DNA of 24,096 nucleotides, taken from NCBI GenBank assembly GCA_015494185.1, contig WGBT01000095.1:1-24096 (forward strand). The letters run 5' to 3'. The translations under genes and the position numbers were made by a program. The stretch is from Hyphomicrobiales bacterium. Lineage in GTDB: Bacteria > Pseudomonadota > Alphaproteobacteria > Rhizobiales > S144-35. Below are positions 1 through 7,853 of this stretch, in pieces. Under the pieces are notes generated by a model, which saw only the letters and a program-made list of their open reading frames with translations, did no database searches and was not told the DNA's origin. Every line of letters begins with the position of its first letter. The first letter of the stretch is position 1.

Positions 1-977
1 ACATTTGAGGAATGGACGAAGATTTCTTCCAAATTGAGCGCTGCTTTGCCATGGCCATGATCGGTGATGACAAACCCCCCCGTGCGCAATGGGGTGGCAA
101 CGTCGATGGTTTCATCTTCGCCCATCAAGCCAAGCTCCAGCACCAAAGCCGAGGTGAAGACCTTGAACACCGAGCCCAGTTCATAAACCCCGCGGACAAG
201 CCTGTTGAACCGATGTGACGCCGCCACGCCGCCGGGCTTGTTGGGATCGAAATCAGGCAGCGAAACCGCCGCCAATATCTCCCCGCTCGTCAGGTCGAGG
301 ATCAAGGCCGAAGCCGCCTTGGCCTGATAGCGCTTAAGAGCCTTTTTCAAGGCGTCATGCAGCACGAATTGGGCCGCCAGATCGAGCGAGAGATAGACCG
401 GTTTATGAATCTTGTTGCGGTCGATATAGGCTTCTATGCCTGCCCGTCCCCGGCCGTCGATATCCACATAACCGACAATGTGGGAGGCCAGCCGCCCTTG
501 CGGATAAACCCGCCGCGGCGCGGTGTGAAAGGTCAAGCCGGGCAGTCCAAGCTGGTGCACCCGGGCTTGTTGTTTGGGGGTCAATTCACGATGAATCCAG
601 ACAAAACGCCGGTCACTGCGCAACGCCTTGAGCAGGCGGGTGGTATCCAGTTCGGGCAGCACCTGCACCAGCTTGTCAACCGTGTCATCGACATCGGGCA
701 AAACCTTTGGGTTGGCCGAAAGTGCCGCGGCAGGCATATTGCCCGCGAGCAAGATACCGTTACGGTCGAAAATCTCAGGACGTTTGGGAGAGGGGGGCTT
801 GAGCTTGCTCATCGCCGGGGTCGTGGGCCGGCTGGCATGGGGAAGGGCTGTCACGCCCATGGCCAAAAGCCGCCACACCACCAGTAAAAAGCCCACAAGC
901 ACAACGCCGGCCACCAGAAGCAACCGGCCATTGTGCCTTTTGACGGCTCCCCCTGATTGTGGACTTTGATCGCTCAT
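1..977 (-). CDS. ftsI: Peptidoglycan D,D-transpeptidase FtsI/PBP3, N-terminal 325 codons; runs off the left edge
   Basis: Hand-translated from ATG at 977 (ATGA overlap with the ftsL stop): MSDQSPQSGG...TM helix...RPEIFDRNG...RRVYPQGRLASHIVGYVD...GSVFK (SxxK)...HSSN (SxN). Absent from the ORF track because there is no stop in the window. Position after ftsL is canonical. Confidence 0.95.
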   Translation of the reverse strand, partial: MSDQSPQSGGAVKRHNGRLLLVAGVVLVGFLLVVWRLLAMGVTALPHASRPTTPAMSKLKPPSPKRPEIFDRNGILLAGNMPAAALSANPKVLPDVDDTVDKLVQVLPELDTTRLLKALRSDRRFVWIHRELTPKQQARVHQLGLPGLTFHTAPRRVYPQGRLASHIVGYVDIDGRGRAGIEAYIDRNKIHKPVYLSLDLAAQFVLHDALKKALKRYQAKAASALILDLTSGEILAAVSLPDFDPNKPGGVAASHRFNRLVRGVYELGSVFKVFTSALVLELGLMGEDETIDVATPLRTGGFVITDHGHGKAALNLEEIFVHSSN

Positions 978-1357
978 GGTTGCGGCTTTGGCTGAGGTGG
1001 TGTGGTGGCGGTGATATCGTCTTGCTGTTTGTCAAAGATATCGGGCGGCAATAGACCTGACGGCCGCGCATGTTTGGGCAGCCGTATATATTGCTCGGCA
1101 CGAACGTCCTGCAAGCCCAGATATTTCCGGGCCAGACGGTCGATCCGCGCTGGGTTGGTCAGGGTCGCCAGCTCGGCTTTCAAGATGTCCTGCCGGGTAC
1201 GCGCTTTTTGAACCGCCGTGGTTTTGGCCGCAACGCGGGCCGCCAACTCCCGGCTCTCCTGTTTGACCATATAGATCGCAACCAATAGCAGGGGGGCTAG
1301 AGCCAGGCCCGTGCGGTAGAGCAAGCGGCATTTTTTCATCACCGTGTTCCCCATCAA
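974..1357 (-). CDS. ftsL: Cell division protein FtsL (start may be ATG at 1339)
   Basis: Short basic N-terminus, one TM helix, coiled coil, and alphaproteobacterial FtsL-like LKAELATLTNPARIDRLARKYLGL; lies between rsmH and ftsI. Confidence 0.85.
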   Translation of the reverse strand: MMGNTVMKKCRLLYRTGLALAPLLLVAIYMVKQESRELAARVAAKTTAVQKARTRQDILKAELATLTNPARIDRLARKYLGLQDVRAEQYIRLPKHARPSGLLPPDIFDKQQDDITATTPPQPKPQP

Positions 1358-1458
1358 GCCCCAGATCGTATCTTGCTGTATTGCCAGTTACTGCATTGCC
1401 CAGGCTGCGGCCGTTCCGAGTTCCAACAGGACACAGCCGCTCGCTCCTGCCTTGGGCC

Positions 1459-2493
1459 TTACAGCACAAAATCGGCAATTCGTGGGACGGACAAGGCCGC
1501 CATGTCAAGCGGATGAGGCGACGCATCGGTCCGCACCCCCACACGCAATTTCGCCGATCTGGCCCGCGGGTTGGCGGCCACTTCTTCATCTCCCGGTGTC
1601 ACCGGCTTACGATTGAAGAGACGAAAACTCGCCGCAGGTCCTGCGGGAACATCTGGCATATGACGGGATGGGCGGTTAACGGTTCCTGAACGGCTAGCAA
1701 AAAACCGTTTCACAATGCGGTCTTCCAGCGAGTGAAAGGTGATCACCGCCAACCGGCCGCCGGGTTTCAAGAGCCGTTCGGCTGCGGCCAGTCCCAGCGC
1801 CAGCTCCTCCAACTCGCCATTCACCGCCAGCCGCAGCGCCTGGAAAGTGCGGGTGGCGGGATGCTTGTTGCGGTCCCGTATCGGCCCTACAGCCTCGGCG
1901 ACGATTTCAGCCAGCCGCAAGGTCCGCTTGATCGGCCGCGACTTGCGGGCGGCGACAATGGCCCGGGCAATCGCTCTGGATTTGCGTTCTTCGCCAAGCC
2001 GAAAGAGGATATCCGCCAATTGTTCCTCGCTGGCGCCATTGACGAGGTCCGCTGCGGTCATGCCCGATTGGGACATCCGCATGTCGAGCGGCCCGTTGGC
2101 CTGAAACGAAAAACCGCGCTTGGCGGTGTCAAGCTGCATCGAGGAAACCCCAAGGTCGAGCAAAATGCCATCTGCGGGGGCAAATCCCTCATGGCGGGCC
2201 AGCACCTCCATATCCCGAAACCGGGCCTGCGCCATGATCAGCCGGTCACCATAGGCCGCAAAGCGCTCCGCCGCGCCAACAAACACATTGGGATCGCGGT
2301 CAAGGGCCAAAACCCGGCAATTCGCAGCGTCGAGCAGGCCGCAGCTATGCCCTCCGGCGCCGAATGTGCCGTCAATAAAGGCATGGCCATCTTGGGGCGC
2401 GAGCGCGTCGAGCACCTCAGAAAACAACACGGGAATGTGCCGCGGTCTCTGTGTCGCGCCCACGCCCTCACTGGCCCGACGTTTCGGCATCAT
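1459..2493 (-). CDS. rsmH: 16S rRNA m4C1402 methyltransferase RsmH (MraW)
   Basis: HIPVL, DGTFGAGGHS, DLGVSSMQLD, GPLDMRM, HPATRTFQALR, FHSLEDRIVK and NPRARSAKLR motifs; ATGA overlap with the mraZ stop. Confidence 0.98.
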   Translation of the reverse strand: MMPKRRASEGVGATQRPRHIPVLFSEVLDALAPQDGHAFIDGTFGAGGHSCGLLDAANCRVLALDRDPNVFVGAAERFAAYGDRLIMAQARFRDMEVLARHEGFAPADGILLDLGVSSMQLDTAKRGFSFQANGPLDMRMSQSGMTAADLVNGASEEQLADILFRLGEERKSRAIARAIVAARKSRPIKRTLRLAEIVAEAVGPIRDRNKHPATRTFQALRLAVNGELEELALGLAAAERLLKPGGRLAVITFHSLEDRIVKRFFASRSGTVNRPSRHMPDVPAGPAASFRLFNRKPVTPGDEEVAANPRARSAKLRVGVRTDASPHPLDMAALSVPRIADFVL

Positions 2494-2987
2494 TCCCGTG
2501 TCTCCTCGGTATCGCTCTGCGGGCGGACTTGTGCCGCAGAACGCCCCGCGCCGAGTAACTTGCGAAGTTCGCGCACTTTTTCCCGAGCTTGGGCAAAATG
2601 TGCCTCAAACCGGGCCGGCTCCCAAATCTGGAATTTCTCCCCCAGCCCGACAAATGTCACCCTGTCCTTGATGCCGGCATGGTCACGCAGCTCCTGCGAA
2701 AGCATGGTCCGGCCATCCTTGTCGATCTTCAACACTTCACTGACCCCATACAACGCCGCCGCCAACATATCCTTTTCATCAGAGTAAGGCGGCAAATCCT
2801 CTAACAGAGCCTCAATTCTGCGAACCAGCCTGTTGCCCCCCGCATCCAGCGCCGGCTGATCCAGTGCAGGATAACAGTATATCCCGTCGTAACCGTCTCG
2901 CGCCAATACCGCCCGGAAAGGAGCCGGCACCGAAACCCGCCCCTTGCTGTCGATCTTATTGGTAAAGCGCGAAACGAATTGATCCAA
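2490..2987 (-). CDS. mraZ: Division/cell wall cluster transcriptional repressor MraZ
   Basis: IDSKGRVSVPAPFR and IDKDGR SpoVT/AbrB repeats, FVGLGEKFQIW; TTG start with upstream GAGG; first gene of the dcw cluster. Confidence 0.97.
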   Translation of the reverse strand: MDQFVSRFTNKIDSKGRVSVPAPFRAVLARDGYDGIYCYPALDQPALDAGGNRLVRRIEALLEDLPPYSDEKDMLAAALYGVSEVLKIDKDGRTMLSQELRDHAGIKDRVTFVGLGEKFQIWEPARFEAHFAQAREKVRELRKLLGAGRSAAQVRPQSDTEETRE

Positions 2988-3060
2988 CCCAACCTCTTCA
3001 CCGGCTCAACACCCCCGTCCAGCCAATTGCAGATGAGTAGGGTTCCCTTACCCCCCCCCA

Positions 3061-3110
3061 TCTGGTTTTTCATGGGATATTATGGTTTTTCATGGGAGTC
3101 AATGGAAAAT
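3061..3110 (-). promoter_or_regulatory. MraZ operator array overlapping the putative dcw promoter (-35 TTGACT at 3102-3097)
   Basis: Five TGG cores at exact 10-bp spacing on the + strand (3063, 3073, 3083, 3093, 3103), directly upstream of mraZ. MraZ is known to bind 10-bp-periodic TGGG-type direct repeats. Confidence 0.8.
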
Positions 3111-3562
3111 TAACCAATAAAGCACCTGTGCACAGGGTTTTTTGTGGACATGAGGCGAGCGTTGGGGGGCTTTTTGCGTCATGGAGTGAGGGGGAGATGG
3201 AGTGAAAGGGAAGGGTCAGGCGGTGACGATCTGACGAAATGGAACGAGAAAGGGAGTAACGCAGCCCCCTTGCCGCGCAGGCGGTAAGACGGCGATCAGC
3301 TGGGCGCGTGTGTTAAAGAATTGTGAGGGGTGAAAGCTTTGCTTGGAGCTGAAGCCTAGAGCCTAGACTAAGGATGCTCGAAGAAAGGTTCCGTGGCTGC
3401 TTGCAGTGACCTTGACAAGGTTGGGAAAAGACCAAAACCTTCACCAGGGAAGGTTGAGACAGGTTTGGGCCGATAAGGGTGAGGGAGATGCGTAAAGCCC
3501 GCGCCTTGTCAGTCTTGTCAATCAAGTCCGGGCAAATGTGGATTTTTTACATTCGATGATGG

Positions 3563-3638
3563 TGGTGGGCGGTACTGGACTTGAACCAGTGACCCCTGCG
3601 ATGTGAACACAGTGCTCTACCAACTGAGCTAACCGCCC
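3563..3638 (-). tRNA. tRNA-Val (anticodon CAC), CCA encoded
   Basis: Reverse complement GGGCGGTTAGCTCAGTTGGTAGAGCA-CTGTG TT CAC AT CGCAG-GGGTCACTGGTTCAAGTCCAGTACCGCCCACCA, 76 nt cloverleaf. Confidence 0.97.
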
Positions 3639-3668
3639 CAGATCGTTTGCTCAAGACCATTTGTTCAT

Positions 3669-3773
3669 GGCCTTTCATCTCTGCTCTTGCACCTTAGGCC
3701 TTTCACCTCTGGCGGCCTTTCACCTCCTGGCGGCCATCTGGCGGCCTTTCACTTCTAGCGGCCTTTCAACGGC
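3669..3773. repeat. Degenerate ~17-bp tandem repeat (GGCCTTTCACCTCTGGC) in the tRNA leader
   Basis: GGCCTTTCA at 3669, 3697, 3714, 3743 and 3760, plus a truncated unit GGCCATCTGGC at 3732. Confidence 0.9.
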
Positions 3774-3818
3774 GTTCGAACAATATCACGCAAGCACGAT
3801 CATCGTTCTTCTTTTTTG

Positions 3819-3847
3819 GCTATAGGAGGGGTATTGTCAACTGTCAA
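3819..3847 (-). promoter_or_regulatory. Sigma70-type promoter of tRNA-Val(CAC)
   Basis: TTGACA (3847-3842), 17-nt spacer, TATAGC (3824-3819) on the minus strand, pointing at the tRNA. Confidence 0.75.
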
Positions 3848-4084
3848 GTCATTGATCGATTGATTGTCAAGACTGACCGTATTCATTTTTCGTTGGTTTG
3901 AAGATCACAGGCCGTGAAACAGTGAAAATTAAGGTGCCTTTACCAGGTGACAGCGAATGATGGGCAATGTTAAATGATAATTTGCTGCGGGCATGAGATG
4001 GTTGGGTAGGCGCAATTTGAACCGGAACGCCTTTCAAGAAAGCGTTTTTGGGGGTTGCGCCAGATTTCTGGGGGCACTGGGAAT

Positions 4085-7000
4085 ATGCAACGGCTTGCCA
4101 AGCCTATAGATGCGCTACGGCTTCATTATGATGTGGTCGTGGTTGGCTCCGGTTATGGTGGTGGTGTTGCGGCATCACGGTTGGCGCGCTGCGGGAAAAC
4201 GGTTTGTGTTTTAGAACGTGGTAAGGAATTTCTCACTGGCGATTTCCCGGACAGTTTGGCCAAGGTCAAAAGTGAATTGCAGATTGCCAACGGCAAAATG
4301 CATGCAGGCTCGCGTACGGCCTTGTTCGATTTACGTTTGGGGGCGGATGCGGCGATGCTGCTGGGCTGTGGGCTGGGAGGCGGATCGCTGATCAATGCCA
4401 ATGTGGCGATGCAGCCCGATCCGCGGGTGTTCGACGATCCGGTGTGGCCCGATGAAATCCGCCAAGATGATGCTTTGCAAGAGGGCTATGCCCGGGCTGC
4501 ACGCATGCTCAAGCCGCGTCCTTTTCCAGAAAAGAGTGATGTGCGCAAACGCCGAGCGCTGGAAAATTCGGCCCAGAAACTGGGATTTCAGTCGGTGCTG
4601 CCCCCGCTGACTGTGACATTTGATGCTCGTCGAAATGCGGCCAATGTTGAACAACCTGCCTGTATCGGTTGCGGTGATTGCGTGACGGGGTGCAATATCG
4701 GCGCGAAAAATACGGTTGCGCTTACCTATCTTGTCGATGCGGTGAATTTCGGCGCTGAAATCTTTGTTGAAACCGATGTGCATTTCATTCGCAAAGAGGG
4801 GGATAAGTGGCGGATTACTTTCGATTTGCCGGGGCATGGCCGGGAAAAATTCGGAGCCTCGCAATTATCGATTTGGGCCGATACGGTTATTCTTGCGGCC
4901 GGGGCCTTGGGGAGCAGTGAAATTTTGTTGCGCTCGCGTGATCGCGGGTTGAAGCTTTCAGACCAGCTCGGCAAACATCTTTCCGGCAATGGCGAAGTTT
5001 TGGGTTTTTCCTTCAATAACGATATTGCGGTTCATGCGGTTGGTTTTGGCACCGGCCGCAAACCGCCAGCCGAACCGGTCGGGCCCTCGACAACCGGGGC
5101 GATCGAGCTGCGAAAGACATTGGAGCTCGAACAGGGGATCGTCATTCACGATGGGGCCTTTCCAAGCGCCTTGGCCTCGGTTTTGGTGAAATTCTTTGCG
5201 CCAGGTCCGGCTCATTTTACGCGCGCCAGTGATTTGACATTTGCAGATGAGCTCGATGCTGCGGACCGCATTCTCAAGAGCCAGCTCTTAGGGCCTTATA
5301 CGGGAGCCATTGCCCATACCCAAATGCTGAGAGCAACCGGTCACGACAATGCGGGTGGACAGTTGGTCTTGGAAGGGGACCGGTTGGTGATCAAATGGCC
5401 GGGCGCGGCGCAACAGGCGGTCTTCAGCCATATGGAATCACAAATCGAACTGGCGGCCGCTGCAAGTGGGGGGCGTTATACCCGCGGGCCGATGGACCAT
5501 CATTTGCTTGCAGGAAAAACATTCTCAACGGCGCCGCTTGGCGGTTGCCGTATTGGGCGGGATCGTCTTTCCGGGGTGGTCAATCACAAATGTCAGGTTT
5601 TCGATGGTGCCGCTGACACCGATGTCACGACCGTTCATGAAGGGCTTTATGTGATCGATGGGGCGGTTGTGCCGCGCCCGCTTGGGGTGGCGCCGATGAT
5701 GACGATCGCGGCGCTGGCGGAACGGGCGATGATTCATCTGGCGCTGGATCATGGGTTGCGCTTTTCAGACGCCCCGGCTCAAGATGCGCCTTTGCGTGAC
5801 GCCTCAGGGCAAAAATCTGATGCGGTGGCTGGTGCTTCCGCCAAGGTTGGGGTTGAGTTCACCAAGAATGTTTCAGGTTTTGTCTCCACAGTGGAACATC
5901 GCGATTATCAAAAGGCCGCTGAAGCTGGCAAGGATGCCCGTTCCCCGCTGACGCTCAAGGCCACCATCCTTGTTGATGATGTTCAAAGTTTTATTTCGGA
6001 TAAATACCGTGCCGCACGCATGTTTGGATCGGTGACCTGTCCGGCGCTGTCCAACGCTCCAATGGAGATTTCCCACGGCGCCTTCAAGGTCTTGCAGGTG
6101 GCGGAAGCGGGCAAACGTACCCGGCATTTCGATTTCCGGATGACCCTGTCCAGCAAAGACAGCAGTGAACAATATTATCTGGCGGGACACAAGGTTGTCC
6201 CGGCCACCCGGGGGCTCGATTTTTGGGAAAATGTCTCCCAGCTATATGTCGATGTGTTTCGCGGCCGAAAAGGCCAGGGCGGACGGCTGGCGCGCGGCAT
6301 TCTGACCCTTAAATTTCCAGATTTCGTCACCGAACTGCGCACTTTGCGGGGAACGGGGGGGCGCACGACACTGGCCCGGCAGCAGGCTGAAGCCTTTTTC
6401 GCCGATATCCTCGGTGGTCCGCTGGCCAAAACTTTTGGGGCGCTTAGCGCGCCGGCCGTGGGACCGGGGCGGGGGCGTGTGTGGAAGCGCCGCGCACTGC
6501 GTCTGCCGTATCCCGAAACCCATGCGGTTACCACGGAAGATCATCTGTTGATCCGCCTGACCCGCTATCAGGGGGGCGACCGGGGAGCCGTGCTGATGGT
6601 CCATGATCTGGCCACATCAAGTCAGATTTTTGCAATCGATACCATCGAGACTTCGCTTTTGGAATATCTTTATGGGGCTGGATATGACTGTTGGCTATTG
6701 GATATGCGGGCTTCGCCGGACCTGCCTTATGCGGAAGGCAACTGGACCTTTGACGATATTGCCCGCCATGATCTTCCAGTTGCTGTCGATCGGGTCCGGG
6801 CGGTTACAGGCCAAGACCGCATTTCTCTCATTGCGCAGGGGATGGGAGGGGTGGCCTCTCTGATGGCCCTGGCGGATGGATTAGCAGGGGTGCGTTCGCT
6901 CATTGCGCTGCAGGCTGGGGCGGATATCATCACAAACTGGTTTCCGCAACGATTGTTGGCGTATTTGCGGCTTCCCCGTCTGTACCGCGTTTTAGGCGCC

Positions 7001-7531
7001 ATGACGGCCGATCCTCGGGCCGTTCCCATCCGTGGCATACATCGGTTTCTTGATACCGTCATTGGCATGACCATTAATCCCGAATCGGGGCTTTCCGGTC
7101 CGGCATTACTTTCAAGCCGTTATGCTGCGCTGTTTGGGACGCTGTTCAATCCCGATGAAGTCAGCTTTCAGACGCGGGCTTTTGGACTGCCGTTGGTGCT
7201 TGGACCTGTCGGCCTGCCGGCCTTGCGCCATCTGGCTCGGATGCGCCGTCAACGCCGGATTGTCGATGCCAGTGGAGGTGACAGCTATTTGCCGAGATTG
7301 GCCAATTTCAGTATTCCGGTCTGTTTCATTCACGGCTCGAAAAATCAATGTTTTGATGTGCAGGGCAGCAAGGCGAGTTTTGAGCGGTTTACGGCCATTC
7401 ATGGGCGTGCTGGATATGAGCATCACGTGATCCGTGATTATGGGCATTTGGATGGCTTGATTGCCGATCAGGCGGTGATCGACGTCTTTCCCATCATCTT
7501 GAAATTTCTCGAACGAACCCGCCGGGGGTGA
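4085..7531 (+). CDS. Cholesterol-oxidase-like GMC oxidoreductase fused to an uncharacterised middle domain and a C-terminal alpha/beta-hydrolase domain; catalytic residues apparently substituted
   Basis: GSGYGG FAD motif, VCVLERG, GCGLGGGSLINANV, CIGCGDCVTGC, ILAAGALGS, PLGGC, LYVIDGAVVP, TIAALAER; C-terminal YDCWLLDMRAS ... YGHLD hydrolase fold. ATG at 4085 preferred over the TTG at 4055. Confidence 0.85.
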   Translation: MQRLAKPIDALRLHYDVVVVGSGYGGGVAASRLARCGKTVCVLERGKEFLTGDFPDSLAKVKSELQIANGKMHAGSRTALFDLRLGADAAMLLGCGLGGGSLINANVAMQPDPRVFDDPVWPDEIRQDDALQEGYARAARMLKPRPFPEKSDVRKRRALENSAQKLGFQSVLPPLTVTFDARRNAANVEQPACIGCGDCVTGCNIGAKNTVALTYLVDAVNFGAEIFVETDVHFIRKEGDKWRITFDLPGHGREKFGASQLSIWADTVILAAGALGSSEILLRSRDRGLKLSDQLGKHLSGNGEVLGFSFNNDIAVHAVGFGTGRKPPAEPVGPSTTGAIELRKTLELEQGIVIHDGAFPSALASVLVKFFAPGPAHFTRASDLTFADELDAADRILKSQLLGPYTGAIAHTQMLRATGHDNAGGQLVLEGDRLVIKWPGAAQQAVFSHMESQIELAAAASGGRYTRGPMDHHLLAGKTFSTAPLGGCRIGRDRLSGVVNHKCQVFDGAADTDVTTVHEGLYVIDGAVVPRPLGVAPMMTIAALAERAMIHLALDHGLRFSDAPAQDAPLRDASGQKSDAVAGASAKVGVEFTKNVSGFVSTVEHRDYQKAAEAGKDARSPLTLKATILVDDVQSFISDKYRAARMFGSVTCPALSNAPMEISHGAFKVLQVAEAGKRTRHFDFRMTLSSKDSSEQYYLAGHKVVPATRGLDFWENVSQLYVDVFRGRKGQGGRLARGILTLKFPDFVTELRTLRGTGGRTTLARQQAEAFFADILGGPLAKTFGALSAPAVGPGRGRVWKRRALRLPYPETHAVTTEDHLLIRLTRYQGGDRGAVLMVHDLATSSQIFAIDTIETSLLEYLYGAGYDCWLLDMRASPDLPYAEGNWTFDDIARHDLPVAVDRVRAVTGQDRISLIAQGMGGVASLMALADGLAGVRSLIALQAGADIITNWFPQRLLAYLRLPRLYRVLGAMTADPRAVPIRGIHRFLDTVIGMTINPESGLSGPALLSSRYAALFGTLFNPDEVSFQTRAFGLPLVLGPVGLPALRHLARMRRQRRIVDASGGDSYLPRLANFSIPVCFIHGSKNQCFDVQGSKASFERFTAIHGRAGYEHHVIRDYGHLDGLIADQAVIDVFPIILKFLERTRRG

Positions 7532-7592
7532 TTTTCGGTGATTGCGCCCAGAGTTCTTGGAGGGGGGCGCCCAATCTTTGCCGATTTTCCGG

Positions 7593-7853
7593 TCAAGATT
7601 GCGATTGCCGTGAACAGTGTTCAAGTTCGGCTTCCAAGCGCTGGAAACGCCGTTCATAATGGGCCAGCAGTTGATTGGTCAGCTCGAAATGGCGTTGCTG
7701 TTGTTCCAGATATTCATGCATCAATTCCGAATAGCTTTTTCCTGATGGGGACTTCTGAGCTTTTCGCACACGCCACACGAGAATGAGATAGGCGCCGATC
7801 AACAAGATGATGGGTGTCCAGGAAATCAGAATTTCGAGATAAGAGTGTCCCAT
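7593..7853 (-). CDS. Small single-pass membrane protein with coiled-coil tail (86 aa, hypothetical)
   Basis: AGGAG Shine-Dalgarno; ATG directly abuts the upstream TGA; hydrophobic ILISWTPIILLIGAYLILVW followed by a basic stretch and an amphipathic/coiled-coil tail. Confidence 0.75.
   Translation of the reverse strand: MGHSYLEILISWTPIILLIGAYLILVWRVRKAQKSPSGKSYSELMHEYLEQQQRHFELTNQLLAHYERRFQRLEAELEHCSRQSQS

Noticed and set aside
792-797. Possible frameshift in ftsI at the G6 run
   Set aside because: Recounting the run shows a continuous frame from ATG 977 through PSPKRPEIFDRNG to the SxxK and SxN motifs.
357-2787. Long plus-strand ORFs (357-887, 1732-2787 and others)
   Set aside because: Antisense shadows of ftsI, rsmH and mraZ in GC-rich DNA, with no recognisable motifs.
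3669-3773. CRISPR-array interpretation of the repeats
   Set aside because: Units are directly adjacent and degenerate with no unique 25-40 bp spacers, and no cas genes are nearby.
3929-3943. CtrA box TTAA-N7-TTAC upstream of the GMC fusion
   Set aside because: One mismatch in an AT-rich spacer with no supporting context; not distinguishable from chance.
4026-4049. Hairpin plus T-run before the GMC start as an attenuator or riboswitch
   Set aside because: Weak bulged stem, short T tract, and no recognisable aptamer or leader peptide.
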